A DNA stretch of 64,000 nucleotides, taken from contig NC_092674.1 of NCBI RefSeq assembly GCF_964355755.1, positions 29,636,001 to 29,700,000 on the forward strand, read 5' to 3'. The position numbers were made by a program, and so were the translations under genes. The notes under the pieces are model-generated. The model was not told where the DNA came from, did no database searches, and saw only the letters and a list, made by a program, of their open reading frames with translations. The DNA comes from Antedon mediterranea. Taxonomy: Eukaryota; Animalia; Echinodermata. The number at the start of each line of letters is the position of its first letter. Positions within the stretch are counted from its first letter, which is position 1. This document shows, one piece after another, positions 12,401-27,400 of the stretch.

Positions 12401-15400
12401 AAATTGAATAAGAAATGTGGAATTACATTTCAAACATTTATATTTTAAAACATATTATTATTATATTTTAAAATACTGTAAAGCCCTGTCTACACTATCA
12501 AAGTTAATGTGACAAAAAAAGTGTGATGTGCCCAAATATGGTAGTGATATGACATCATCCCATCCATATATGGGCACATCACATGTTCTTTGCCACAAAA
12601 GGTTTGATAGTGTAGACAGAGCTTAAGAATACAATGTCAATTACTTCTTCAGAATCTTCTTGTGGTTCTGCTTCTTCAATATGTTGAAGAAAGTCCTCAA
12701 TTAAATCCAGCGACAGTAAGCTTTGGCTAAATACCAGACTGAAAAGAAAAATAAATATAATACTTTGTTTGAATTCATGATATCTGATTTATCTGGTTGA
12801 TAGTTGGTCTATATTTCAGCTCGACCAGACAAAAAATAGTCTCAGACCATGCTCTTTAAGTTTATAGTGCTCAATTACTGTATGTGTTTGTATTCAGCAT
12901 GGATTGCATAATCATGGAGGGAGATGGGAGGAGGAAAGGGGGAGGGGAGGGAGGAAGGAAGAGAGGAGGAAGAGAGGGAGGGAGATTAGGAAGAGAGGAT
13001 GGGAGAGAGAAAAAGGGGAGAAGGGAGAAAGGGAGGAAAGGAAGAAGGAAGAGAGGAAGGAAAGGAAGAAGGAAGAGAGAGAGAGAGAGAGGAGAGAGGA
13101 AGGAAGGGAGAAAGTGGAGATGGGATGGAGAGAAGAGAAGGAAGGAGTAGGAGGAGGGAGTGGAGAGAAGAAGGAGGAGAGAAAGGAGAGAAGGAAGGGA
13201 GAGGAGGGAGGAAGAAAAGACCTTTAAATTGTCATTGGTTGCTTACACTTTATCCCCGACCATTTCAGCGAGTTTTAAAATCTCCATTAACAACAGTAAT
13301 TTTCCACTCATGTCCAGGTTGTTTTTACAATCTTCTGGTACTAATGTACTGTACCACTCATCATCCCCTGGAAGGCCTTGGTCCAATTCAACAAGTTCTG
13401 GCTCTGAAAATAAAATTGTAGAATTATTACTGGTTCTGTGTCTAGTAACCAACATTGTTTTTAATGTCATGTTTTTTCTGGCAATAAATGAGTAAATAAA
13501 AAAAAATGAATTGTAACAAAAGAAAAAATTGTCATCAAGTGCTTTTTGTAGTACAAACAAATATTAGCCAGGTGAATGTAGGATTTTCCAAATGAATCCT
13601 GCTACATTTTTAAATTTTTTATTTTATTCAATCGAAACCAACAGCGATAATTACCGCCACAGGTTTGATTGGTCCTAACATTGATCAAGGGCTTCTCTTG
13701 TCCAGTGCCCACCTTCACCAGAGGAAAGGCAGATACTAGATGCAGGGGCTGCCATAAGAGTCCACAATGCTGATTTAGAATGCCTAACGGGACCCCAGCT
13801 CCATATACAGCACCCGATATTCCCAGATGGTCTCCCATCCAAGCATTAACCAGGCCCAACGTTGCTAAACTTCAGTGATCTGACGAGAACAGGTGTAAAC
13901 GTGGTAAAGCCGTACCTTCATCGGCCGCTGCAGCACCGCTTCTTGTGTTTCTTGTCCGACTTCTCGTCTTCCAAGTGTTCACCACCTCTACACTACTGTC
14001 AGATTTGGCACCATCTGATTTCCCCCCCTTTTGTTTTCGTTTAGCTTTAGCTATCAATTCATCTCTAAAAATAGAAAAAGTAAATGTTTTTCATTAAGAA
14101 ATTCTTATACTATAAGTATTCTTGTCGGATAAATCTATTCCATTTGAGTGGTGTTAATAACTTCAAGCTCTGTCTACACTATCAAACTTTATGTAACAAA
14201 AAAATGTGATTTGCCCATATGGAGATGATTTTGTCATATCACTACCATATTTGGTGATAGCACTACCATATTTGGGTACCTACTCGCTATCACTGCGTCC
14301 ACTATTTCTCCATTCTTGTTCCTTTGATTTATTATCATCAATAAATTCAACCAAACTGTCGTCACTAGCCAATTCTTCACCAGATGTTATAAAGTCGGAC
14401 ATTTCATCATCATATCGGGCCTGCAAAATAAGAACTTTACATATTATTTTTAGGATACCATACCAAATATGCTCAAACGTATATAACAATATATTCAAAC
14501 AATATTATATACAGTAATGTATAAAATAATCTATCAATTAACTTCAAACATTCTAAATTGTTTACAATTATCATTACCTTTTTAATGTCACGGATCGTTG
14601 AAAGTCTAAGAACCCACGGATGAGTCCAAATTCTCATCAGTGCCTGATAGTCCGCGAACAGTCCCATACGTTGGTTCTCACCGTTTTGTGTTCGTGCATA
14701 AGAATCAAGATACTTCTCATACAACTCCACCTGTACTTTAGACAGCCTCACAGAAACAACGTACTCATGTTTTGGGGGCAAGTAATTAGCAAGAGCCGAG
14801 TAATCCCTTCGCTGAAATTATAAATTAACAAAAATGATAGTTATAGTTGGTTTATGAGAATGCACAAGCGGTTTGTTACGCTTCAAGGCATTTAAAATCG
14901 TCACCTACCTGCACGCATCCTGAAAGCATTTCGTGCAATACGTGAGCACGTCTTTTCATGACACGCACATCATGCCGACTTGCATCGGAGCTCTGTCCGT
15001 TAGTAATTGGATTCACAAACCGATTGCAAAACTCTTTCTTGGTTCCCAGTAGACTGGGTTTCACAAAGTCTACCATACAATGATCTACAATATAAAATAT
15101 AGATACAAAATAATTAATGTATGCTATTCTCTAGCCTGTATCCAAGCAGGGTTCAAAGTTCAAACTCTTTTTCCCTGGAGGTAACCTTTTCAAACTATAG
15201 GGCAGCAACAGAAGTGATGAAGTGGTATAGGCAAGCCTAGCTCACAGCCTAGCTCACTATATTGCTAACTATCCTTGATTCTATTCTATTTTGAATTTTG
15301 AAGGATGAGACGTCTTGACTTGTTGGTGCTGTCTGAGTTGAATTCCAAAAAGACTAATTGTCTTGAGATAGCATTGGGCGTAGTTTTCAGGTAGTCGGGA

Positions 15401-18400
15401 GAACATTAAACATGTTTAACTTTAAGATGACTCATCTGCCCTCGCTGTGCAACACTGTCTAAAACATAGAAAAAAACAGTCAGACTTACATTCTATTAGA
15501 TTATTTTGAAGTGGCGTTCCTGTCAAACATATTCTCCTTCGAGTCTTAATCTGATTCAATGCTTTAGAGATGGCAGTCTGTTCATTTTTTAACATGTGCC
15601 CTTCGTCACATACGACAATATCTGGCCCTGAAAAACAAAACAAAAAACCCAAAGTTTTTCACTTAACATTGCCAAATCATGTCAGTGTTAACTCATTCTT
15701 GAAACTATATCAATAGAAATATTTAAGTTAAGTAATCGCATTTTGTTGTCTTTTTTTGTACTGTTTGTTCTTTTTTGTTAGGGTTACATGTTTAAAGCAC
15801 TTGTGCTTATGTTGTATCCCATTCCACTTCAATTCTTTTTATGTTTTTATTTTGATTTTGGAATAAAAATGTCGATGATTTATTGATTTGCCATACAATG
15901 GCACAAATATTATTTAACTCAAATTTGAGAGGAAATAGTATAATAATATATAGAATAGTATAATAATATATAGAATAGTATAATAATATATAGAATAGTA
16001 TAATAATATATAGAATAGTATAATAATATATAGAATAGTATAATAACATATAGAATAGAATAGTATAATAATATATAGAATAGTATAATATATAGAATAG
16101 TATAATATATAGAATAGTATAATAATATATAGAATAGTATAATAATATATAGAATAGTATAATAATATATAGAATAGTATCATGTTTATTTCATTATTAT
16201 TTGTAATACTTGAGTATCAAACTGTTCTACCAGAGGGCTCAGAGATGTTAAATTGATGGCAATTACCTGGGTCAGTCAGAGCTTCGGAAAAAGTTTTCTT
16301 TTGTGATTTTTTGCGAATTCGTGCACCTGTGGCCAAATTACGATACATCGAGTATCCAATAATCATAACACCTCCATTTTTATGCCAAAAACGTAACGTA
16401 TCTGCACGGCCGTAATTATCTTTTATTGAAGACATCTCGTACACCTGAGGAAAAAAAGCAACAATACAGCTTATCATTGAATGAGTTTATGGTTCATTGA
16501 ATGAGTTTATGGTTCCTTGAATATCAAAATTGGGTAAAATTCTGTGGCATATTTGTAGTGGCTTAGCCTCTATTCACACACGTCATTTTCTATCAATATT
16601 GTGAGATCACCTGGAGGGTATTATATAAACAGGATATTTTGATGTAAAGCTCTGCCTACACTATCAAACTTTATGTGTGATTTGCCCATATACGACATGA
16701 TGTTGTTATATCACTACCATATTTAGGCATATCACTACCATATTTGGGCACATCACACTTTTTGTCAAACTAGTTTGATAGTGTAGACAAAGCTTAAAAA
16801 GAACTCATAAACAATTTAAATAAGTCACATATTAAGAGTCATACTTACAGGGATTTCACTTTCTTTCCCTAACCATTTGTCAAACTCGTTCACCCAGTTG
16901 AGCACTGTATTTAGTGGAGCTACCACAAGACAGTGCTTAGCTCCAATTTCTTCTGATGACATCACAGTATGAACGTAAGATATCACCTACAAAATAAAAG
17001 TCTTTTTGTTTCTTGCCATGATGGAAAAAATTCTTGGATCCGACAGGATTTTAACCTAGGTACTTCGGGATCAGTAGCATCAAAACCACCAAGCTACAAC
17101 CAAATTCTCACTATTCAGAAATGTATGTGATGATGGCCAAAAGCTTGTGAATTCTCCCATACAAGGCCCTCTATGATTTACACTACTAAGCTGTCTACAC
17201 TATCAAACTTTATGTGATGTGATGTGTCAATTATCAGACATGATGATGTCATATTACTACTATACATGGGCACATCACACTTTTTTGTCAAACTAGTTTG
17301 ATAGTGTAGACAGAGCTTTAAAGATTGTAGTTTATTTTACCTGTAGCGTCTTTCCTAGGCCCATACAGTGGGCAAGAATGCATCCTCCGCCATCATCTCC
17401 AATTTTATCCATATTTTCATACGTTGAATCCCACAGAAATTGTATACCCTTGACTTGATGTGGTTTCAGATTCTTGGATATAGCTTTGTCCACTTCAAGT
17501 ACTACTTTATCGTTTTTTTTCTTGTCATATTCAAGAACGCATGCGGTGACCTTGGAGCTCTCCTTTGGCTTGTCTTCATTCTCATCAATGACCTTAAACA
17601 AACATTGGACAATGAAACATAATCTAGGTAAAAAGGTACTCTGAGCAAGAAACTCTTTCTTTAGGAAGTATCTAAATGTAGGCCTCTCTTTTTCAAACAC
17701 TCCCATGCCAAGTTTCAACAAAAGATACTTATCTGATACTACTTTACCATTTTTTTCTATTTTCAAAAATTCTCTTGCATCTCTGCATTCCAACTGAGAC
17801 CCTACAGTTATTTTATTCTATTATACCTCTTTTCTTTTTTCTGCAACTGTTTTATGTCTCTCAAGTTCCACCTGAGACACTAAAGTTATCTTATTTTATT
17901 ATACCTCTTTCCTTTTTTCTGCAACTCTTTTACGTCTCTCAAGTTCTAACTGAGCTGCTGCTTTAGTTTCCTGCTTCAACTTGCTATCTTTCATTACTTT
18001 CCTTATGTTCCGACGTTTGCTCTTACTCGGTGTATCGGGATCTTCGACCTATCAAAACAGTGAATACAGTAGACATTTGGTCATTCTCATAATAATCCCA
18101 AATTTATTGTTTGAATGACATAATTTAATTCTAAATATTTTGGTTTCTGTATATTCGCTATTAGCTATACAATATCTTAATGTTAATGTAAAATTTATAT
18201 AGTGCTTTTACCAATCAACTGATTGTCCCCAAGAGCTTAACATTACATTTTCGTTTCTATGGCACCTTTACAATGATCATCAAAGCACTTTACAAGAGCC
18301 AATCATCTGGTGAACATTACTTTTTTGGAGGATTGAGTGCTTCTAAGAGTTTTTTAAAATGTGTTACTGATGGTGAATTGTGAAGGTTTTTTTATATTCT

Positions 18401-21400
18401 AGGACAAATTTTGAAAATGAATGCTAACCAGATCGGTGAAAGTACCATTACCTTTAGAAAGTTATTTGAAGGACATAAAGAATTGCAAACCTTTTTCTCT
18501 TTCTCATCGTCTTCATCAGAGTCTTTGGATGAATCTGATGCCAATTTGATTCTTCTTCGCCTTTTCTTCCTCTTTCTACCAGTCTCTTCTTTCCCAGAAG
18601 TCTGAGAGCTTTCACCATCCTTTTTTTTTCTACGCCTTTTCTTCTTTTGTTTCATTTTCTCGTCAGAGCTTTCCATTTCTTCAGAAGTGCTGCCTTCAGA
18701 GTTTTTTCTTTTAGATTTCTTTCCTTTGGATTTTTTCTTTCCAACTGAATCATCAGAACTAGTTTGAGAATTATTTGAATTCAGTTTCTTTCGTTTTCCT
18801 CTTTTTCCTTTTGTATCAGAATCAGATGATGAATCAGTTGAGCTGGAATTATCCTGTTTTCTCTTTCTTTTCAGCATTTGTGCTCTTCTGTTCGCTCGCT
18901 TTTCACGTTTACTCTGATTATCTTCATCACTACTGTCACTACTTTCTCTTAGAATTACTTTCATAAGTCGATGTGCTTTTCTTTTTTTCTTTTTTTTAGT
19001 ATCATCAGAATCGGTTTCTTCCTCAGAGGATTCTTCAGTCTCTTCCTCGGAAGATTCTTCCTTTTCTTCATCATCTTCATCCTCATCTTTCTCCGATTTT
19101 TCAGATTTATTTTTCTTCTTCTTATTATTACCATCTGAGTCAGATTCATCTTTTTTTTCAGAAGCATTTCTATCTTCCTTTTCTTTTTTGTTTGCATCTT
19201 TTTTAGATTTCTCTTTCGTTTTTTTTTTCTTATCCTTTTGTTGATCCTCATCTCCAGAGCATTCATCTGATGCGTTAACACCCTCTGCTGCTTCTTCAGC
19301 TTTGAGTTCTGCAAGCACTAACTTTTCAGCAAATTCATCAACATCCACATCACTTTCTTTGGAGATGTCTGACCCTAAATAGCCATTATCTGTAGGTTCT
19401 AAATCTATCATTTCTTGATCTGATCCACCCTTTTCTTTGGCTTCCAGAGCATGTTTTCTTCTTTGTTCTGTGTCGTCACTCAGATCAGAAGAGCTTACCT
19501 CTAGATCAGAAATAGAATTCTTGGTCTTCTTTGAATTGGATTTTTTCTTTTTCACTTTATCTTTTTTTTCTGGTGTTTTTTCTACATCAGATTCGTCAAG
19601 TTTGGGCTTCTTCTTTTTATTCCTTTTGGCAAGATTTGCTATCAATTTCTCTATCGAAGAATCTGATTGAGAATCTTCTTTCCTATCCTCCTTATCTTTC
19701 CTTTTCTCCACTTTGTCTGAACATTCTTTTTTTCTTACATCCTTTTTCTTAATCTTTTTACTTTTATTCTTGCAGTTTCCATCCCCTTTCTTTTTGCACG
19801 TTTCATCAATATCTAACAAAGAATCATCAGAATCATCTTCCTCTTCACTTGATGTTTCATTTGTGCTATTTTGATCTTCTGTTTTGACGTGTTCTCTTTT
19901 GGATTTTATATTTTTCACTTTATCTTTTTTTTCTGGTGTTTTTTCTACATCAGATTCGTCAGTTTCGGGCTTCTTTTTATTCTTTTTGGCAAGATTTGTT
20001 ATCAATTTCTCTACCGAAGAATCTGATTGAGAATCTTCTTTCCTATCCTCTTTATCTATTCTTTTCTCCACTTTGTCTGAACATTCTTTTTTTCTTACAT
20101 CCTTTTTCTTAATCTTTTTACTTTTATTCTTGCAGTTTCCATCCCCTTTCTTTTTGCGCTTTTCATCAATATCTAACAAAGAATTATCAGAATCATCTTC
20201 CTCTTCACTTGATGTTTCATTTTTGCTATTTTGATCTTCTGTTTTGACGTGTTCTCTTTCCTTTTCTAGTTTCTCTTTATCATCATCAGAATCTGAAGAA
20301 CTTTTGTCTGTTTCTGTTTTGATGTGTTCTTTTTCCTTTTCTATTTTCTCATTTTCATCATCAGAATCTGAAGAACCTTTGTCTGTTTCTGTTTTGATGT
20401 GTTCTTTTTCCTTTTCTATTTTCTCTTTATCATCATCAGAATCTGAAGAACCTTTGTCTGTTTCTGTTTTGATGTGTTCTTTTTCCTTCTCTAATTTCTC
20501 CTTTTCATCATCAGAATCTGAAGAATTTTGTTCTGCTTCTGTTTTGATGTGTTTTATCGCCTTCTTTATTTTCACTTTTTCATCATCAGAATCTGAAGAC
20601 ATTTTTTCTTCTTCACTTGACAAAACTTCTTCTCCATCTTTCTTAATTTGATCTTTTTCATTTTTTTCTTTATCCTCTTTCTTTGACTCAATTTCTTCTT
20701 CATCATCATCACTCGATTGCAGCAAATTATCATCCTCCTTGTCTCTATCTCCTTCATCTTCATTTCCAACTGACTCTGCTTTCTGCGTAACATCTTTTGG
20801 TTTATCTGTTTTTGCTTGTTTCAACGTTTCTGCCTCTTCTGAACTTTCATTTGATAAATCCTTTTGTTTGTCACCCTTTTTCCTATTTTTTCTCTTACTC
20901 TTGCTTTTTTCCTTGTTAAGCTCAAATTCTAATTCTGAATCAGAGCTACTATCATCTGATTCTCTTGATATTTTCCCATTCATTTCAGATGTTTCTTTCT
21001 GGACACTTTCTTTTGTTTTATCATCACCTTTTGATTTCTGATCAATTTCACAGATATCACTACTTTCATCGCTTTTATTACACAGTGCCTTTCTGCTATC
21101 ACGATTTAAAGTAGTTTTTAGTTTCCTTGGGGACTTGGAAAATCTTTTTGAATGATTTAGACTGCCATTTTGCAATGATTTTTTCTTCCTTTTCCTTTCT
21201 TTCTTGTAATCGCCATCAGACCATTCCGGTTCATCACTGTCATCAGATGATAAACTAACAAGAAAGTTCAAAACTTGTTTTTGTAAGGATTTAGCAACAT
21301 CCATAACAACATTCAAATTTCTAACAAATGTTTTTAAAGTTTTTGTTTCCATTCCCACAAATTCACTTGCTGGTGGTTTAAACTTTTTGCCTTTGAAAGG

Positions 21401-24400
21401 TTTTAGTTCATTTGATAAGTAGTCTGCATGTTTCTTTATATTTAACAATATTCTTGACATATCACTGCCAACCTCAGGATTTTTAGATGGTGTCTTTTTA
21501 TGTAAAATGCTAGAACACAACTGTTGCAAGTCAGCCAATTGAAATGGTTCACAGCCGTAGCATTTCCACTTGTAATCATCATCTGCATTTAGAATTCCAG
21601 ATAATTCTTCTCGTCCGAGGTTACGTAGTATACAAGACCGACAAAAAACTTTACAACAAAAGTCGCAACAGATAAGTTTGCCGCCCTCACCACACCAATG
21701 ACACTGCTCATCTATATCGTCTTCATCCTTAGTAAAAGATCCACTTGTATAAAAATTATAACATTTCTATTTGAAAGAAAAATTAAAATGGTTGAAAATT
21801 AATACAGATTAAAATCAATATGGTTTAAAAAACATTGTAAAGTACATTTGTACTAATTTTACTCTGGGGCTGATCCAGGATTTTGAACGGGGAGGACCAA
21901 CATATAGTATTAATAATCATAACTAGATATCAAAAGTTGTTAGTTTTTATCATCAAAAGTGGGAATTGCAATCTTGGATTTTATGAAATGCCTTTATATG
22001 GATATGATGATATCATATCCTTACCATATTTGGGCACATCACACATTTTTGTCACATAAAGTTTGATAGTGTAGACAGAGCTTTAGAAAAAGATCACGAA
22101 CTTGTAATCGTGTAACTTACTCGACAAATGAGAACTTTGAGAGAAGGATGCTCGTGAAGTTTCCACTTAATATCTGGATTTAATTGCGTATTGCAACTCG
22201 TACATCGTACAACATCCGAATCAGCTGAAATACAAACACACTGCTCTTTAAAAAACAATTTAAAATGTTCTTTCTCAATTAAAAACCACAGAGTAACATT
22301 CCACAGAAAATAATAGGCAATTTAAAAAAGAATTATTTTTGTCCCTTTTTTTGGAAACACCAATCGTGATATTCATTGTATACAGCAACATTGACAACAA
22401 ACACCTATACAACAAGGTAGACAATTGGTTAGCTCACCATATATGCTAGACTCCAATCCAGCAGCTTACAGAAATAAAGCAAAAACATTAATTACAATTA
22501 TGTTTGCAGATCACTAATTGACATGCAAGACATTTTTGCAGTGGCAGCACTTAAGGCTAGCAAACGTTACTCACTTCCTTTATTTCTTTTCTTTCTGAAC
22601 TCCGGCCCTTTGAATTCATTCTCACTCGCACTTTCTGGTTGGACAACAATAGTACCTTAAAAAGAAGCAATCAAAATATGATCTTACTATTTATATCGTT
22701 AACTGATAAGTATTTCTCATCACGGGACATCCACAGAGGAGGAGATCATTACAATCACCTTATGTTTAAAACCCAGCCGCCATTGTGATACATTGTGAAG
22801 ACATGATGTCATATCACTACCATATTTGGGTATACTGTATCACTACCATATTTGGTCACATCACACTTTTTTTGTCAAACTAGTTTGATAGTGTAGACAG
22901 AGCTTAAGACATATTGTACAATGAGGCAATTCTTACCATCTTCCAGAGTAGAGACACCTTCACTGTTTGTTTGAATTAACAACCCTTCTTTCTTCTTCTT
23001 TTTACTCTTCTTATCTTTCTGTTTCTCAGAATCACTACTTTTTTCAGAATCATTACTTTTTTCAGAATCACTACTTTTTTCAGAATCACTTTCTTCTTCC
23101 TCTTTCTCACAATTGTCGTTTGCTTTACCATTCTTCTTTTGTAAGTTTGTCTGTTCTTTTTCCTCTTTTATCTTATTAGATTCTTCAAGATTATGTTCAT
23201 CTTTCATATCATCATTACTGATATCCATACTATCACATTCATTTTTGTCATTATTATTCACTTTTCCTTTAGTTTGCTTTTCATCAACTTGCTCCACATT
23301 AGTTTCATCCTTTTCTTTTTTATTCAATGGTTTATCTTCCTTTTCATCACATTTGTGAGTGACATGTCTGGTCACAATTGGTTTCCTAATAAGGAAATAG
23401 GACGAGTAACATATTTTAAGAAAAAAGACAATAAATCGTTTGATAACATTTCTAAATTAGCTCCAAGTCATATTGACATCTGGTTTTGATTCAGCACTTA
23501 TGAGCATAGTTACGGGCTTGAGCAGAATGTATGATAGATTGCATAGCTCTGTATAGTCTAGTCACCACTAATATAATATCTGTAGCAACTCCAGGCAAGC
23601 TCAGTATTAAAATCGGATCACTTTAGGTCAATTATGTGGAAAATTTATGGAAAATCAAGTTAAGTAACTCAAAAAGAATGCATACCTTCTTGATCTTCTT
23701 CTGCCTTGATTGCTTTCTTCCTAAAAAAAGAGGAAAATGAAAATGATTAACTTAGTTGAATCCGAATACAGTAATAGTTACAATAAAAATAAAAATAGTC
23801 AAAGACATTTTTAGAGACATTTATTGTCAAGAGTAAGGTTTTGATAAAATGAGATATTACTGTATATCCTACTGTAAACTATTTATCCACTATACTAATA
23901 AATAAATTGACACCTTAATATTATTATCACACACATATGTATGCATTCATATTGTAAGTCTGAAACTGAAGAGAAAGAAAATTGTAGTATGTATACTACA
24001 ATTTACATCAATTTGCATAATATGTACATATTTATTATTACTATTTTAAGTGAAAAGATACAATCCTTTGTTTACCTCTTTTTTCTCTTGTGGATCTTCA
24101 TTATCCTCTTCTAGGCAATCTTTTTTTCCTTCAATGACTTCCATCATTTCATCCTTTGCCACTTCATTTTCTTTCATTTCATCGTGTGATTCTTCTGTGA
24201 CTTTATCTTTTTTTTTGTTGCTTTCTAAAACATCCTACAATAGAAAAAATCAAACATTTAAATTCAATCCTCTTTTATCTTATTAGATCTTCTAGATTAC
24301 TTTCATTTTTCATATCTTCATTACTGATATCCATACTATCACATTCATCTTTCATATCTTCATTACTGATATCCATACTATCACATTCATCTTTCATATC

Positions 24401-27400
24401 ATCATTACTGATATCCATACTATCACATTCATCTTTCATATCTTCATTACTGATATCCATACTATCACATTCATCTTTCATATCTTCATTACTGATATCC
24501 ATACTATCACATTCATCTTTCATATCTTTATTACTGATATCCATACTATCACATTCATCTTTCATATCATCATTACTGATATCCATACTATCACATTCAT
24601 CTTTCATATCATCATTACTGATATCCATACTATCACATTCATCTTTCATATCTTCATTACTGATATCCATACTATCACATTCATCTTTCATATCTTTATT
24701 ACTGATATCCATACTATCACATTCATCTTTCATATCTTCATTACTGATATCCATACTATCATCATTACTGATATCCATACTATCACATTCATCTTTCATA
24801 TCTTCATTACTGATATCCATACTATCATCATTACTGATATCCATACTATCACATTCATCTTTCATATCTTCATTACTGATATCCATACTATCACATTCAT
24901 CTTTCATATCTTCATTACTGATATCCATACTATCACATTCATCTTTCATATCCTCATTACTGATATCCATACTATCACATTCATCTTTCATATCTTCATT
25001 ACTGATATCCATACTATCACATTCATCTTTCATATCTTCATTACTGATATCCATACTATCACATTCATCTTTCATATCCTCATTACTGATATCCATACTA
25101 TCACATTCATCTTTCATATCATCATTACTGATATCCATACTATCACATTCATCTTTCATATCATCATTACTGATATCCATACTATCACATTCATCTTTCA
25201 TATCTTCATTACTGATATCCATACTATCACATTCATCTTTCATATCCTCATTACTGATATCCATACTATCACATTCATCTTTCATATCTTCATTACTGAT
25301 ATCCATACTATCACATTCATCTTTCATATCATCATTACTGATATTCATACTATCACATTCATCTTTCATATCTTCATTACTGATATCCATACTATCACAT
25401 TCATCTTTCATATCTTCATTACTGATATCCATACTATCACATTCATCTTTCATATCATCATTACTGATATCCATACTATCACATTCATCTTTCATATCTT
25501 CATTACTGATATCCATACTATCATCATTACTGATATCCATACTATCACATTCATCTTTCATATCTTCATTACTGATATTCATACTATCATCATTACTGAT
25601 ATCCATACTATCACATTCATCTTTCATATCTTCATTACTGATATCCATACTATCACATTCATCTTTCATATCTTCATTACTGATATCCATACTATCACAT
25701 TTATCTTTCATATCTTCATTACTGATATCCATACTATCATCATTACTGATATCCATACTATCACATTCATCTTTCATATCTTCATTACTGATATTCATAC
25801 TATCATCATTACTGATATCCATACTATCACATTCATCTTTCATATCTTCATTACTGATATCCATACTATCACATTCATCTTTCATATCTTCATTACTGAT
25901 ATCCATAGTATCATCATTACTGATATCCATACTATCACATTCATCTTTCATATCATCATTACTGATATCCATACTATCACATTCATCTTTCATATCATCA
26001 TTACTGATATCCATACTATCACATTCATCTTTCATATCATCATTACTGATATCCATACTATCACATTCATCTTTCATATCATCATTACTGATATCCATAC
26101 TATCACATTCATCTTTCATATCATCATTACTGATATCCATACTATCATCATTACTGATATCCATACTATCACATTCATCTTTCATATCTTCATTACTGAT
26201 ATTCATACTATCATCATTACTGATATCCATACTATCACATTCATCTTTCATATCTTCATTACTGATAGTGATATCCATACTATCACATTCATCTTCCATA
26301 TCTTCATTACTGATATCCATACTATCACATTTATCTTTCATATCTTCATTACTGATATCCATACTATCATCATTACTGATATCCATACTATCACATTCAT
26401 CTTTCATATCTTCATTACTGATATCCATACTATCACATTCATCTTTCATATCTTCATTACTGATATCCATAGTATCATCATTACTGATATCCATACTATC
26501 ACATTCATCTTTCATATCATCATTACTGATATCCATACTATCACATTCATCTTTCATATCATCATTACTGATATCCATACTATCACATTCATCTTTCATA
26601 TCATCATTACTGATATCCATACTATCACATTCATCTTTCATATCATCATTACTGATATCCATACTATCATCATTACTGATATCCATACTATCACATTCAT
26701 CTTTCATATCATCATTACTGATATTCATACTATCACATTCATCTTTCATATCATCATTACTGATATCCATACTATCACATTCATCTTTCATATCATCATT
26801 ACTGATATCCATACTATCACATTCATCTTTCATATCTTCATTACTGATATCCATACTATCATCATTACTGATATCCATACTATCACATTCATCTTTCATA
26901 TCATCATTACTGATATTCATACTATCACATTCATCTTTCATATCATCATTACTGATATCCATACTATCACATTCATCTTTCATATCTTCATTACTGATAT
27001 CCATACTATCACATTCATCTTTCATATCTTCATTACTGATATCCATACTATCACATTCATCTTTCATATCTTCCTTACTGATATCCATACTATCACATTC
27101 ATCTTTCATATCTTCATTACTGATATCCATACTATCACATTCATCTTTCATATCATCATTACTGATATCCATACTATCACATTCATCTTTCATATCATCA
27201 TTACTGATATCCATACTATCACATTCATCTTTCATATCATCATTACTGATATCCATACTATCACATTCATCTTTCATATCTTCATTACTGATATCCATAC
27301 TATCACATTCATCTTTCATATCATCATTACTGATATCCATACTATCACATTCATCTTTCATATCTTCATTACTGATATCCATACTATCACATTCATCTTT

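Noticed and set aside
12884-13421. Arg/Gly/Glu-rich ORFs on the + strand
   Set aside because: Artefacts of the polypurine tract, which has almost no T and hence no stops.
13805-13915. Functional 5S rRNA gene
   Set aside because: Many substitutions, a small deletion, a clipped 5' end and no poly-T terminator; it continues into a SINE-like body.
15807-16183. Tyr/Ile/Leu-rich ORFs
   Set aside because: Translations of the 20-bp AT-rich minisatellite.
18411-21041. Several Ser/Phe-rich + strand ORFs
   Set aside because: Antisense shadows of the Lys/Glu/Asp-rich ATRX exon.
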